64,000 nucleotides of DNA from Rhizophagus irregularis (Eukaryota), in contig NC_089433.1 in NCBI RefSeq assembly GCF_026210795.1, positions 2,976,001 to 3,040,000 of the forward strand, in the 5' to 3' direction. Position numbers and translations under genes: made by a program. Below the pieces are notes generated by a model that searched no databases, was not told where the DNA came from, and saw only the letters and a program-made list of their open reading frames with translations. Shown piece by piece: positions 24,601-37,710 of this stretch; within the stretch, counting starts at the first letter, position 1, and each line of letters begins with the position of its first letter.

Positions 24601-27600
24601 CTATATGGCCGTAAAATAATAATTGTTTTTTATCTATAATCCACTTTTCGTGTCATAAACAAAGTGAACTTTTTGTATGCGGTCAATTATTGATATTGGA
24701 AAGATTCTTCTTTAGCGCATGTCTTGAATTGACTGAATATGATAAAGAGGACATTTCAATACATTATGAATTCTATTAGTATCATCGAACCAATCAATAG
24801 TAATAAAGACATAATATTTGCCATTATTGCCTTTGTATTTGAAGATTCCCTTTATAATTGCATAACATTCACCATTGTTTTCTTTGTGTATTGTTACAAT
24901 ATCGCCAATATGAAGATGAACTTTGGAGAAGATGCCATCACTTTCTTCTATTGTGTATGTTGCCAATTCATACCAGCCCATTTGAGAATATACAAGAGCT
25001 GAATTTAGTCCAATATCTACAAATGAAAAAAGCAACTCAGATTTGAAATTTGGCAAATTTTTCATGATATTTTTACGATCCTACTGGGATAAGAGCCTCT
25101 TTAAAATAATATTTGTAATAAAATCCACTGGGGATGAAATTACTGTATAAAATAAAATACATAAGTAAATAATTAAGGAAATATTTACTATAAAATTATA
25201 ATACGAACCATCTATATCTTCATTCAATTCTTGTTCATTCGATACCTTATCTTCAGTAATGTACCAATTAGTCAATAAATTTCTAAAATTTGACTGCATA
25301 GTAGCGAATCCTCTACAAGGTTGTGATAATCTTTGATCTGCACCTTTGTCTACTAAATGACAAATTGCAAGAAGTGTAGTATACCGTTTTAACAAGTCCA
25401 GTTCGATATTCTTGCAATTTGTTCATGGTACTATTGCTTTGAATATCCGATACACCATCTCCTTGATGCTAACTTGAGTGTTTATAAGGGTACCATAAGT
25501 TTTTGCATGCATTGGCAAGTGTACATTGATATGCAGATTTGGCAAGTTAGCAAATTCAGGGAAAACCTAAAAGTCACATTATTATTAAAATAAATATTTT
25601 ATAAAAAAAATTACATAGCAATTATGAATAATTAATTGTGTACCTTTGGAAGAATTATCATTTCTTCTCTAAGGCATTTTTGCAATTCGTCATACGAATC
25701 TAATGTAAACTTGCTTTCAAAAACCATCCTCATTGTTTTTGCTACATGTACCCAACAAGAAATTATTGCATTTTTTACTGTACTCATGCGCAAAGTGTCA
25801 ATTCGTTGCATAATGATCTTCGATTCATTCTCCTTCAAGCTTGATACTTTTAAAAAATTATTTAGTATAAAAGGCATTATCATGGCAAGCCGAAGATAGT
25901 CAGACATCATAAAACTAGCATGGTGGCTAATTGGATTCGGCAAATGAGGCTATTTCTTTGGTTTCTCAAAGCTTTTTCAGGCTTTGATAAACTCGTTCTC
26001 TCCTTCTTGTGAAAATAATTCACATCTGTAAAAATTAGAAAAAAAAGTTCATTACATATAGTACATAATTAATATTAATTAAACTCTATCGCTATAATCA
26101 TACGTTAATTTAAGAAGTCGTCCAATCTTCCTAGCAGTTGCATGATATACATCTTGGGGTGTTTGTAAATGCCTTTCTCTTAGCAACCTATCCAAAATGT
26201 TAGGCTTTGCTCTTAATCCATACTGAATACAAAGTTGATTTTGCCTTGTGGTAGTAGATTCATCTGATATCTCTTTAAATTGAATGTCGGTAGTGTGATG
26301 ATACCTTGATGTTGCTGGTATATCTTGATAGAGGTTGGTAAGTGATTCTCGAGAGACTGTACAAGTGCGACAACCTTTATTGGCATTATGTCGTAATACA
26401 CCAGCTATATCATTTAATCATTTCCCTGTGATAAATCAGCGGTTACAACATCCAAACCGGCTATTACCCAAGAATTTTTCCCATTCACTTTCATTAATTT
26501 TCCTTGTTCGAATTCTTTCATTTCAGAAACGAATGGTAACATGAATTCGTTGAAGTTACCACCAAAAGGAACAAATCCGAGAACAAAATGATTTTTGAGC
26601 AACTTCCTTTGATGAGCAGGCATATTTCCAAACTGCACATAAACACCACCTAATGAGTGATAAACGTTCCTAAATGTTCTAAAATCATCATAATATATAT
26701 CTAAAAACAGCTTGTAAACTTTCATGGTTGAAGATGGTGGCTGCATTATGGAAACATATTCTGAAGGATGTTGATATGAGAGTGTTGCGTCACGAATGTG
26801 CCAGTGTGCATGATGTTTATAAAGTATTTTGGTAATTCGTAGCGTATCTTCGGTGACCTTTTCAGAGATTTGGGATGTTGTTATTGTTAAGAATGGTTCA
26901 TCTTGCAGCCAAACTTCTCTGGAAAGAGAACGATTTTGTCCTAATTCTCGTTTGAAAGTTCCAGGCAAGTCATTATAATCCAGAACTTTTTGGATTCTCA
27001 ACCGATATTGATCCCCTTCATTTAATACTATCGCTCTTAATCAGCCAAGTTTTTGCTCATTATCATTATAGTCATAATAGTAAACAAAATTACCACATTT
27101 GTATATTTCTATTAGATGGTATATATATCAAAAAAAATATTAGCTTTGTGCTTTTATTTATCAGGGCTTTTGTAACTTTTGTATTCAATGTACTAAAATA
27201 ATAAAATATAATTACCTTCTGATATCATTAATTGTTCTTTACCAAAAAGAAGTGACTCTGCCCATAAGGTACCATGCCAGTACTCTGATTTTATTTTTGA
27301 ATCAACATCAGGACCAAAATACATTTTCTTGACCAATGATGGATTGTTAAGAACATTCCAAATAATATCACTTATTGAAAGTTGATACGCCATCTTTGAA
27401 TCCCTAGAAGTTGAGGGTGTTTTTTTTAATGAGATTAAGATAGATTTTGCTGATATTGAGGGAAGAGGAAGTCGTCCCCTCTATGTTCGAAATCTCCAGA
27501 TATTCTTTACAATATGCATCTCTATTAAATTCTGGTCTCATGATAATGTCAACGAGATCTTCGTATGCACTTGTTGAAATATTGTGCTTGTGAATCCAAC

Positions 27601-28102
27601 AAAATAAGGTGGCAGTGGTTAAATCTTGGAAATATGGTGCGAAATCACCATCAAAAGATGGTAACTTATCTTCAGCCAATGCTGCATCAACGAATAGCCT
27701 TTCTTCTGATGAGGTATCAGTGTCGTCTAAGGAGAATGTTGCATAATCTTTATCACTTTCTGAGGACATTAGATAGTCACTTTCTGATGACATTAAATAA
27801 TCACTTTCTTCATGTTGCTCTAAATCACTTCGTTATCCTAAATGATCATCGTCGCTTTGTTCAAAGTAATTATCATCGTCTCGTTGTTCCAAATAATCAT
27901 GATCATCACCATCATTATTATGCTCTTCTCTGTTAACATTACCATCCTCAAAATCTTATAACATTATTTCGATGCTATCATTGTCTGATAATATTACATC
28001 TTGTGGTTGGGAAAATCTATTGGGTACTAACCTTCTAAAATTATTACGAATACGAAAAGGTAGTGTAGCAATATTCGCCTTTTGATGTTTATTTCGTAAC
28101 AT
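24601..28102 (-). pseudogene. Full-length but disrupted CMC/EnSpm-like DDE transposase with BAH-like C-terminus
   Basis: ATG at 28102; acidic N-terminus; IYYDDFRTFRNVYHSLGGVY..GNM, ADLSQGND, CRTC, PQDVYH, LPNLHINVH, LHIGDIVTI..YAIIKGIF..FITIDWF, KVHFV...YFTAI*. Several stops and frameshifts. Confidence 0.85.
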
Positions 28103-28239
28103 GGCTATAGTAATAATAAGGAATAATAAAATGAAATCGTAAATTTAAAGAAATGGTCATGCGCTTTTATACGTATTTGATTCATGATATTTTTTCATCA
28201 TTCTGTTAATTACTTTTAAATAGTATTTTCAACTATATA

Positions 28240-29790
28240 AAACATCATGGTCGTAATACATAAACGGAAATTCAGATTAACAAATTTTAGGACAATTAAC
28301 CAGGAAACTTTATTAATAATGTTAATGGATACATTAGTTCTTTGTATTGACATTGTTCGAATTGAGATATTAATGGTTAGTTCTTTATATTGACATGTTA
28401 ACGATTGCGTATATAAAGAAATTTATTGAATTGTGACCGTGCGTATGGAAACTTTGTTAGTTATTAGTTCATTGTCCGAATTGAAATGTTAATGGTTAGT
28501 TCTTTGTATTGACATGTTAACGATTACGTATATAAAGAAATTTATTGAATTGTGACCGTGTGTATGGAAATTTTGTTAGTTATTAGTTCATTGTCTGAAT
28601 TGAAATATTAATGGTTAGTTCTTTGTATTGACATGTTTATATAAAGAAATTTATTGAATTGTGACTGTGCATATGGAAACTTTGTTAGTTATTAGTTCAT
28701 TGTCTGAATTGAGATGTTAATGGTTGTTGCATATAAAAATATTTATTGAATATCATGGCCGTATATATAGACGGAAATTTGGGTTAACAAATTTTTGCAG
28801 GAAACTTTATTAATGGTTACATTAGTTCTTTGTCTGAAATGACGCGTTAACGGTTATAAAGAAATTTTATACTAATGGTTACATTATTTCTTTGTCCGGG
28901 AATTTTAGACAGTGATCTGAGAAAGTTTAATGAATGTCATGACTGCAGAATATAAACGAAAACTTGGGTCTGGGCAATGATCTACACGTTAACGGTAAGA
29001 AACTTTATATGAATAATGGCGTGTTAACATTGCCCGAAATGACGTATTAGTAGTTATAAAGAAATTTTATATTTTAGGTAGTGATCCGAAAATTGACTTA
29101 TAATGAATGTCGTGATCGCAGAACATAAACGGAAACTTGGGTCTGGGCAATGATTCACGCGTTAACGATAAGAAAACTTTATATGAACAATGACGTGTTA
29201 ACGTTATTCAAAATGACGTATTAGTGCTTTACTAAAAATGGCCAATTTTTTGAAATATTTTTATAGATCTAAATACAATGGCTTTCAAAACAATTATGCA
29301 ATTATTTTGTAAAATTTTTAAAATATATCAAGATATATTTGAGGTATTTTTTGAGATTAAAATATTAAAATAATATCAAAATTAATTATATTATAATAAT
29401 AAAATAATAACAAAAATATTAAAAAATTATTGTGATATTATTTTGAGTTATTTTTATAGACCTAGATACAATATAATTACAAAATAATAACAAAAATATA
29501 ATAAAAACATTTTGATGTATTAAATGTATTTTTGTGGTATTTTAAAATTATTACAAAATCATTTCAAAAAATTGGCCATTTTTAGTAAAGTGGTTATAAA
29601 GAAATTTTATATTTTAGGCAGTGATCCGAAAATTGACTTGTTAACGAAATGAAGTTTAATGAATGTCGTGATCACAGAATTTTTACATTGTCCACGGTAA
29701 TTAACGAAAATTTTTGGGCAATTATCCAAAAAATTAATGAATTGTTAATGGTTACTGTACATTAGTTCTTTGACTGTAGTATATTAACAG
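28240..29790 (+). repeat. Left arm of a long, internally repetitive inverted repeat
   Basis: For example gaatgtcgtgatcgcagaacataaacggaaacttgggtctgggcaatgat at about 29105 has reverse-complement matches at 35100-35470; about 120-bp tandem units at 28330-28730. Confidence 0.8.
29227..29590. mobile_element. 364-bp MITE, CTTTACTAAAAATGGC family, 2-bp TSD (TG)
   Basis: About 28-bp TIR. The empty site attagtggttata is seen in the partner repeat (reverse complement near 35170). Near-identical inverted copy at 48884-49246. Confidence 0.92.
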
Positions 29791-29972
29791 AAATTTTAGA
29801 GCAATGATCTGAAAAACCGACGTATTAACAGAAGAAAACTCTTACAAACTTTTCTTAGCAATCATAATTTCAATTTATTTATTAATTAAAAATAAGCAGT
29901 ATCACATTTAAACTAATTTTTTTAAGCAGTATTAAGAAAAATCTGCGAGAAACTAGTGGGTAGAAGTAAATA

Positions 29973-32900
29973 CTTTACTAAAAATGGCTATTTTTTTGAA
30001 ATACTATTATAATATTTTTATTATACTTTTGTAATACTGACATTATTTTGTAATGGTTGAAATTGTTTTTATGTATTTTGCAATTAATTACAAATACTAT
30101 ATTGCAAGGGCTAATAAAAGTATTACAAATAATGGTTTTAAAACAATTTAAATAATACATTGCAATGGTATTTGTAATGGATTTATTATCAATAATATAA
30201 TTAATAAATCGAAATTATTATGAAATTGTATTGCAATATTTATAATATTAATATGAAATTGTATTGCAATAGTTTGTATATCTTAATATGAAATTGTATT
30301 GAAATGGTTTATATATCTTAATATGAAATTGTATTGAAATGGTTTATATATCTTAATATGAAATTTTATTGCAATGGTTATATTTTATATGAAATTATAT
30401 TGAAATGGTTGTAATAATATAAATCCAATCATTATTTTTATAATTGTACTAAACCTTACTACTGAAGACTCCCTCTTTTTGTCACTATAAACAGATGGAA
30501 GGAGTAGCAATGACTCTTCCCCTATAGGCATTAATTGGCCTCTACCTGTTTACAGAGAAGGGGCTTTTCGTAAAGTATTAAAATTAATAGATATATATAT
30601 ATGTGTATATGAGTATATACTGTATATACATCTAAAAAAAATATATATATATATAAATTTTTTCGGAAGAAAGCCTCCTATTTATATTAATTTAAGTATC
30701 ACGTGTATCATGTGATAGTATTAATTAATCTGCAGCTTCAGCTGCGCCTGCTGCGGTATAGCGATAAAAAAATTAAGCTTTTTTTAGCAAAAGCTTAATT
30801 TTTTTCTCCCACGACCTTTACTTTCTTTAGCTTTACCCTTTCCCTCTTATCCCTTCTTCCCCTTTCTTTTGCCCTTTCCCCTTCCCTCACTCCTATCCTT
30901 CCCCTTCCTTTTCCCCTTCCCCTTCCCCTTCCCCTTCTTCACCGCCGGAATCTTTCAAAAAAAAAAACAAAATGGTAAGTTTCGAAGCATTCGCTTCGAA
31001 ACTTTTTAAAATTATTTTTTTTTTCTAATTTTTTCTTTTTAGGAAACATTACTAACGTTTCCTATATTTTTTTTGTAGGTTTTTGGCGTGTTCTGTAAGC
31101 TTTGACACGTCTAAACTTTTTAAAAAAAATAAAAATATTTTTTTTTAAAATTTTTATAGGACTTTCGGCGGGTTCAACTTGGATTTCGGAAATGGTAAGT
31201 TTCGAAGCATTTGCTTCGAAACTTTTTTAAAAATATTTTTTTTAAAAAAAAATGTCTTATAGGAAAACGTTTCTAACGTTTTCTATATTTTTTTTTTGTG
31301 TAGGATCTTCGGCATGTTCAACTTCAGGATCTTGTATATGGTAAGCTTCGAAGTGAATCACTTTCACTTCAAAACTTATAAATTTTTTTTTAATTTTTTA
31401 TTATGAAACGTTCCTAAACGTTTCCTTTATCCTTTTTGTAGGATCGGAGAGTTCAGAACGGATGAACGGTTGGGTAAGTTTCGTAACGTTTCATTTCGTT
31501 ATGAAACTTAATAATATTTTTTTTATTAGGAAACTCCTACTAATGTTTCCTTTATTCTTTTTTTAGGTGCTGGACGTGTAAGATTTCGGTAGGGGTTTAC
31601 AGAAAATAAATTTTTTTTTACTTTTAGCAAAACGTTTACTAACGTCTCGTTTTCCCCTTTTTTAGATGGCTTCTGGACGCGTGGAATTTCGGTGAGTTTT
31701 TTTTAAAATGCTTATTTTAACACAATGTTAGTAACAAACCGCTTACTAACGTTTTGTTTTTGCATTCTGTAGGTGGTTCTTCGGGTCATTTTTTATTTTG
31801 AACTTCTTTTTCTAATGTTTTGGTTTAATAAAATCTTTGTCTTCATTATTTTAACGAAACGTTTCATATTTTTTCATATTTTTATTTTCTAGACGACTAT
31901 TTCTTCAGATCTTCAGTTCTTTGGGTGCGTAATATTTGAAAGATTTTCGATTTTTTATCTTTTCTTAAGACGGCATGGTTTTCAGACGTGTGGAACGCGT
32001 GAGTATTCGGTATTTATTTTTTCTCTTTGATTTATTTATTTTAACGAACTGTAACTAATAGTTCATTTTTTTCTTTTTTTAGGTCGTTAGGTCTTTTGGC
32101 TTCTTTGTATAATTTTGGACGTGTAAGGATTTCACTTTTTTTCTTTAATTTATGTATTTCAACGAAAAGTTCTAACAATTCGTTGGATAGTATTTTTCAA
32201 CTTTCCGAGTTTTTGTTTTCAATGTCATCTCCTTCGGCTTTGATTTCGGCTCTTTGGATATGCTTGATATAGGTAGATGCGCTTTTTTTCTTTGTTAATT
32301 TTTTTTATTTAACGAAACAAAACGTTTACTAACGTTTTTTTTCTTTTTTTCTTTTTTTTTATTTTGTAAAAATCCGAACCGAACTTTGAAGAAGTCGAAT
32401 GCCCTGGCAAGGTTTCATTTCGAAAACATTACTTTTTTAATAATGTGAAGTCATTTTATTAACTTTTTTTATTTTTTTGTAAGAAACCGCTGAAGCACTT
32501 TCAAAAAACTTCCTTAAAAAACTGTTTCTTCTTTTTATAGAACCTCTTTAGAGCGGGTGAGCATGTTTTTAACGAAAATTCCAAATTTCCTTTTTTAAAG
32601 ACAAAGTTATTAACTTTTTATTTATTTATTTATCTTTTTATAGGTCTTCAGCTTTTAATTAATCTTAGGTATATCTCAGAAGAATTCGGAACATAGGAAC
32701 TTTAACAATTTTTTTTATTCAGCGTCAAATTTTAGATTCATTGTTGATTCTGAGAGAGTATCCAAAAGATTTAGAAAATAGCCCAAGAAATTTTTTACCG
32801 ACATTTTTCTTTTTTTGTAAGGACTTCCAATATGTTTGAAAGAAAATTTCAAACCACTATTAGAAACGGTTTAGCTTTTAGGAATCCTGCTTTTGGGATG

Positions 32901-33467
32901 AGTAGATGGTAAGTTTCAAAGTTTTAACTTTGAAATCTTCAACTTTTTAATTAGAAACAATATACTAACTATTTCTTTAACTATTTTGTAGGGTTTGTAC
33001 TTCAGAGTGGTGGATGCAGTCGCGTGAAAGGCGTATGCAGACCTAAATTGTCTAACTGCAGAACGTGTACCGGGGAAAATACGATCAGCAGATACTTTTG
33101 GATTATGAATTTAATTATTGGATCAGGATAAAATTTACTATAGTGTTATCGTATTTGTATAATTGTAATTAACATTTGTAAAACAATTAAAAATTAATTG
33201 AAAATCAATTGAAAATATATTACAATTGCATTATAAATTCACTATAAATTCATTATAAATAAATTATAAAGCTATTTTAAAACTATTACAAAAACTATTA
33301 CTAAATAATTGCAGAACTATTTCACATTATTTGGCAATGAAATTATAAGCCTAGATAACATGCTTTTAATGGTTGACGTAATGCATATGAAATGCATTAA
33401 AACCATATAAAAATAATATTATAGCTATATCAAAAGCATTTCAAAAAAATAGCTATTTTTAGCAAAG
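29973..33467. mobile_element. 3.5-kb non-autonomous TIR element of the CTTTACTAAAAATGGC family carrying an intron array
   Basis: TIR ctttactaaaaatggctatttttttgaaat / atttcaaaaaaatagctatttttagcaaag; TA on both sides; no transposase ORF. Confidence 0.85.
30975..32991 (+). other. Array of about 15 intron + micro-exon units (putative multi-exon non-coding transcript)
   Basis: Donors at about 30975, 31095, 31195, 31341, 31474, 31692, 32909; (TA)CTAAC branch sites flanked by aacgtt/aggaaac inverted repeats; T-tract + TAG acceptors at about 31078, 31159, 31303, 31441, 31566, 31665, 31772, 32991. Confidence 0.7.
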
Positions 33468-34404
33468 TAATGTTAAAAGTTCTCAAACAATCATGATTTT
33501 AATTTATTAAATTTTAAAAAATAAGCGGTATCACATTTAAACTTTAATTTTAAGCAGCATCAAGAAAAATTCTTGCTAATTTTCTATTAGCAATCGTGAT
33601 TCGAACAGTATACATAATATTGATATATAAGAACTGCTGATATAGTATACTTTGTAAATATAATGTTTACGTTCATTGATCTTTTTTTTAATGATTAGCT
33701 TTATTTGTACCCTAGGGGTCATAATATATTATAGTTCTTTGCTATGCGGAAATTTTGAGAAAATTTAAATAAGTTGATATATTGATGCATTTTTAAGTAA
33801 AAGATCAACTTATTCGTAACACAAAATACATGTGATCATCAAACAAATGACTTTATAACGGTTAGTATATAAAAATAATATTATATGATGGATTTTCTCA
33901 CAGCTGTAATTTCAATATAATCCTTCCATACAATAAATGCTTCCTAAATATAAAATCATTATCCACAAACCACAACATCTTGTTCTTTATCCAATAATCA
34001 AGTAAAATTCTTCTCATGGTATTGTTTGAGTCATATTTTTTCGTATGATAAAGTATAGCAAAATCACTTGATATTCCATACCCTAACTTCTCTGATATAG
34101 CTTTTTTAAATAAACCGTAAGAACTAGTTCGTGGAATTGTCAAATCAATTTGTTCTTTTCTATATTCTTCTCCCCAAAAGACATTAACTTTTATGTTAAT
34201 GTTTTTGACAGGACGCCAAGTCTTTTTGTCTGGTGTAATAATATTTGATGTTGAGCATAAGTCATATGAAATTGAATTTGATCAAGATCGTAACTTGGTA
34301 TTTCCTTGTGAAAGAATTACGGCCATCAGATCATCTTTTGAATATATTTTTTCTTGTTTCATGTGACTTCTTGTTGTAATGAATTCTTTTAGGTTTGTAA
34401 ATAT

Positions 34405-34871
34405 TAGAGCTCCGAACGAGTCGAGTCAAGTCGAGTTATATGTAAACTTGATTCGACTCGAGTTAAATCGAGTCGAGTCGAGTCGAGTTAAAATTATAAA
34501 AATATAAACTCGACTCGATTCGAGTCAAGTTGGCCCGTCAAACCGAATCAAGTCGAGTTGAATTAAATCACGTGATTTTAATTCGCTATGCTGATCATTT
34601 CCTTTTTTGGCGATAGCCATTCCACAAAATTCCATTTTTGTAATTTTCAAAAATTTTTCGTCTCGGATTTTGTGTAACATAATTTCCAAAAAAGGAAATT
34701 CCATAAATTTGGCCGGAATTATGTTTAATTCGGCTTAACTCGACTCAACTCGATTTTATTAAATTATTAACTCGACTCGAATCGAATCGATTTGATTGTA
34801 ATTTTCAACTTGACTCAACTTGACTCGACTCGACCAACTCGCGAGTCAACTCGACTCATTTCGGAGCACTA
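34405..34871. mobile_element. hAT MITE
   Basis: TIR tagagctccgaa / ttcggagcacta; 8-bp TSD gtaaatat; (gagtc/gactc)n subterminal repeats. Confidence 0.93.
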
Positions 34872-35039
34872 GTAAATATTTAGCTTTGAAAAGATTTTCT
34901 TTAGTGATAATTTAATAGACCTTGCCAAATTCTCATTAATTAAAGACTTTATTTTATTAGACATTCTTAAATAGCAAATATAGTCGTGTAAAATTTTTGA
35001 AATAATAAAGTTGTAATCAGAAGTAAAGATGATTTATAT

Positions 35040-35880
35040 ATGTGCTGAACTGAATAAATTTCTGTAAGAAAATTAACAAATCTCCCGAAAATTCGAACTC
35101 CAAATTTCCGTTTGTGTTCTGCGATCACGACATTCATTAAACTTCCTTCCGTTAACAAGTCAATTCTTTATAACCACTAATACGTCATTTCGAATAACGT
35201 TAACACGTCATTATTCATATAAAGTTTCTTATCATTAACGCGTGGATCATTGCCCAGACCCAAGTTTCCGTTTATGTTCTGTGGTCACGACATTCATTAT
35301 AAGTCAATTTTCGGATCACTGCCTAAAATATAAAATTTCTTTATAACCACTAATATGTCATTTCAGATAATGTTAACACGCCATTATTCATATAAAGTTT
35401 CTTATCGTTAACGTGTGGATCATTGTCAGAAGTTTCCGTTTATGTTCTACGGTCACGACGTTCATTATAAGTCAATTTTCGGATCACTGCCTAAAATATA
35501 AAATTTCTTTATAACCACTAATACGTCATTTCGGACAGCCATTATTCATATAAAGTTTTTGCCCAAAAATTTCCGTTAATTAGAACTAATGTAACCATTG
35601 ACAAAGTTAGGTCCTAACCAAAAATTTGTTAACCCAGATTTCCGATTATATAAATGTAACCGTTAACATGTAACCATTGATATATATAAAACTTCTTTAT
35701 AACCATTAACACGTTAATTTGAACAAAGAACTAATGCAACTATTAACCTTTTTCCTGATCAATTGCCAAATTCAAAAATTTGTTAACTCAGATTTCCGTT
35801 TATATGTTATTTAATAAATTTCTTTATATGCAACCGTTAAAGTATCAATTCGGATAAGGAACTAATGTAACCATTAATAA
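35040..35880 (-). repeat. Right arm of the long inverted repeat (partner of 28240-29790)
   Basis: Reverse-complement matches to 28250-29760, including units of about 180 bp. Confidence 0.8.
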
Positions 35881-36065
35881 ATATTTTTCCCAATTTAATT
35901 TTAATATTGGGAAAAATCTCTATAAATAAAGATGATGTAGCATTTATTTTTCATCAGGAATCTCTTTTATTCCTATATGTTACCGTTAGCACAGTAGTAT
36001 CAATACCATCTTGCTTTGTTAACTGTTAGCAAGCACAATATCAATATCACCTTACTTTGTTTATC

Positions 36066-37710
36066 ATGGTTAAACACAGAGGAGATGCTAAAGGCAGGAG
36101 TACAGCAGCAAAGAGTACAAAATTGTTCGTACATACAGCCCCGATTCTCAAAAAGACGCCACAAGTTCCAAGATAAATATTACCAATTCACGTAATTATA
36201 ATAAGGGAAGGAGGGCAAAAGAGAGTGAATATGAACAAGATAATTTGGATAGACAAGACGAAGATGTCGAAGAAGAGGAGAAGGATGATAGATAAGATGA
36301 TGATCTTGCGAGACTTCTGGGTAAGTAGTATCTTTAAAATTATTTTATTGTTTAATCTGAATGATATTTCTGCGAATTTTATTTAATAAATTATAAATTA
36401 CTTTGTTATGAATATTTTTCCTCAGAGTAAAATGAAAGAAATATTGAGGGAGAAAAAGAAAAGGAGAGGGGAGAGATAGAGAGGAGGAAGGAGGAAAAGA
36501 GAGAAAAAGAGAGAAGAGAGAAGAGAAATAATAATAATAGACAAAATGATCTTGCAAGACTTCTGGGTAAGTTGCAATATTTATTTTATTGTTCAATTAA
36601 AATAATATTTATAAATTTATTTTGTTATAATGAATATTTTCTCTTAGAGCAAGAAGAAAGAAATACTGATAAGAGAAGAGAGAAGGAGAGGAGAGGAAAT
36701 AATAACGGTCAAGAAGAAAATGAAAATGATGAAAATGGTTAAGATTATCTATATAACTATTGTTCATAAAGTCCAAGTATAATTATAAATAATATCATAT
36801 TTACTGTATAATATATAACCTCTAGAGGACGAAGAAGAAATTCCTTCTCAATTTGGTGCAAAGACCAACTAATTGCAAATTTGCAATTGGTTGGTCTTAC
36901 ATCCAAATGTACTACATCTGGCAAATAAAATGCTTGCGGCCTTGTCGACGCCACCATCATCAAATACGCCTTTGACCACCTTAACATCATCAACTCTATC
37001 AGCATCTGACAATAATGTAAAGTCTATTCCTAATTTTAAAATTGATATTGCTACATTATTACATTATTTGATAGTGTATACTGATATTATATTGTGTTCT
37101 TTAGGATAAGTATCATCTTATTGATGAGGAAATGAAATGTCTTTTTTTGCGAACTAGAAATCCGCCTGATCATGCGTTTAATAAAATAACGCAAAAAATA
37201 TTTGGGCATGATGCTTATCAAAGTATGGCAAAGTCAATTAACAAACGTTATCGTAAATCATTCTCTGACTATCAATATCAATTGAAAAACGTGCTTTCGG
37301 TGCTAGTAAAAGAATTTCAAGAATTTCAACAAATGGCTGAAAGGTAATCAACATATTTATGTTTATTACATACAATATTTATAGACTACTTAATTTTTTC
37401 TATTAAATAAAGTGAATGTAATACAGAAAGGTCAAACCCTACCGACGTTGAAGTAAATAACTTCATATCACGTGAAGTCATTTTAAAAAGAATCTTAAGT
37501 CGACATGTTTCGGCAATCGACTTCACGAAGTTATCTGAAACCTCTCTAGAGAAGTTAGTAGAATTTTCCAGAAAAGGTTTCAAGATAGTGTGGTCTGAAA
37601 CAGATATTAGTATCGTTAGAAAAAAAATTAAAGAATTAGACATCATTACGGAAGGGTTAGAAATTCCTTTTCGTAGCAGAAGAAACATTGCAAGTTCTTT
37701 AAAACTATGA
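36066..37710 (+). pseudogene. Multi-exon hypothetical gene with charged low-complexity N-terminus; possible second gene of the CMC element
   Basis: ATG at 36066; GT-AG introns; duplicated exon/intron unit ending gacttctgg|gtaag; C-terminal exons CLFLRTRNPPDHAFNKITQKIFG...LEIPFRSRRNIASSLKL*. Early exons contain stops. Confidence 0.6.
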
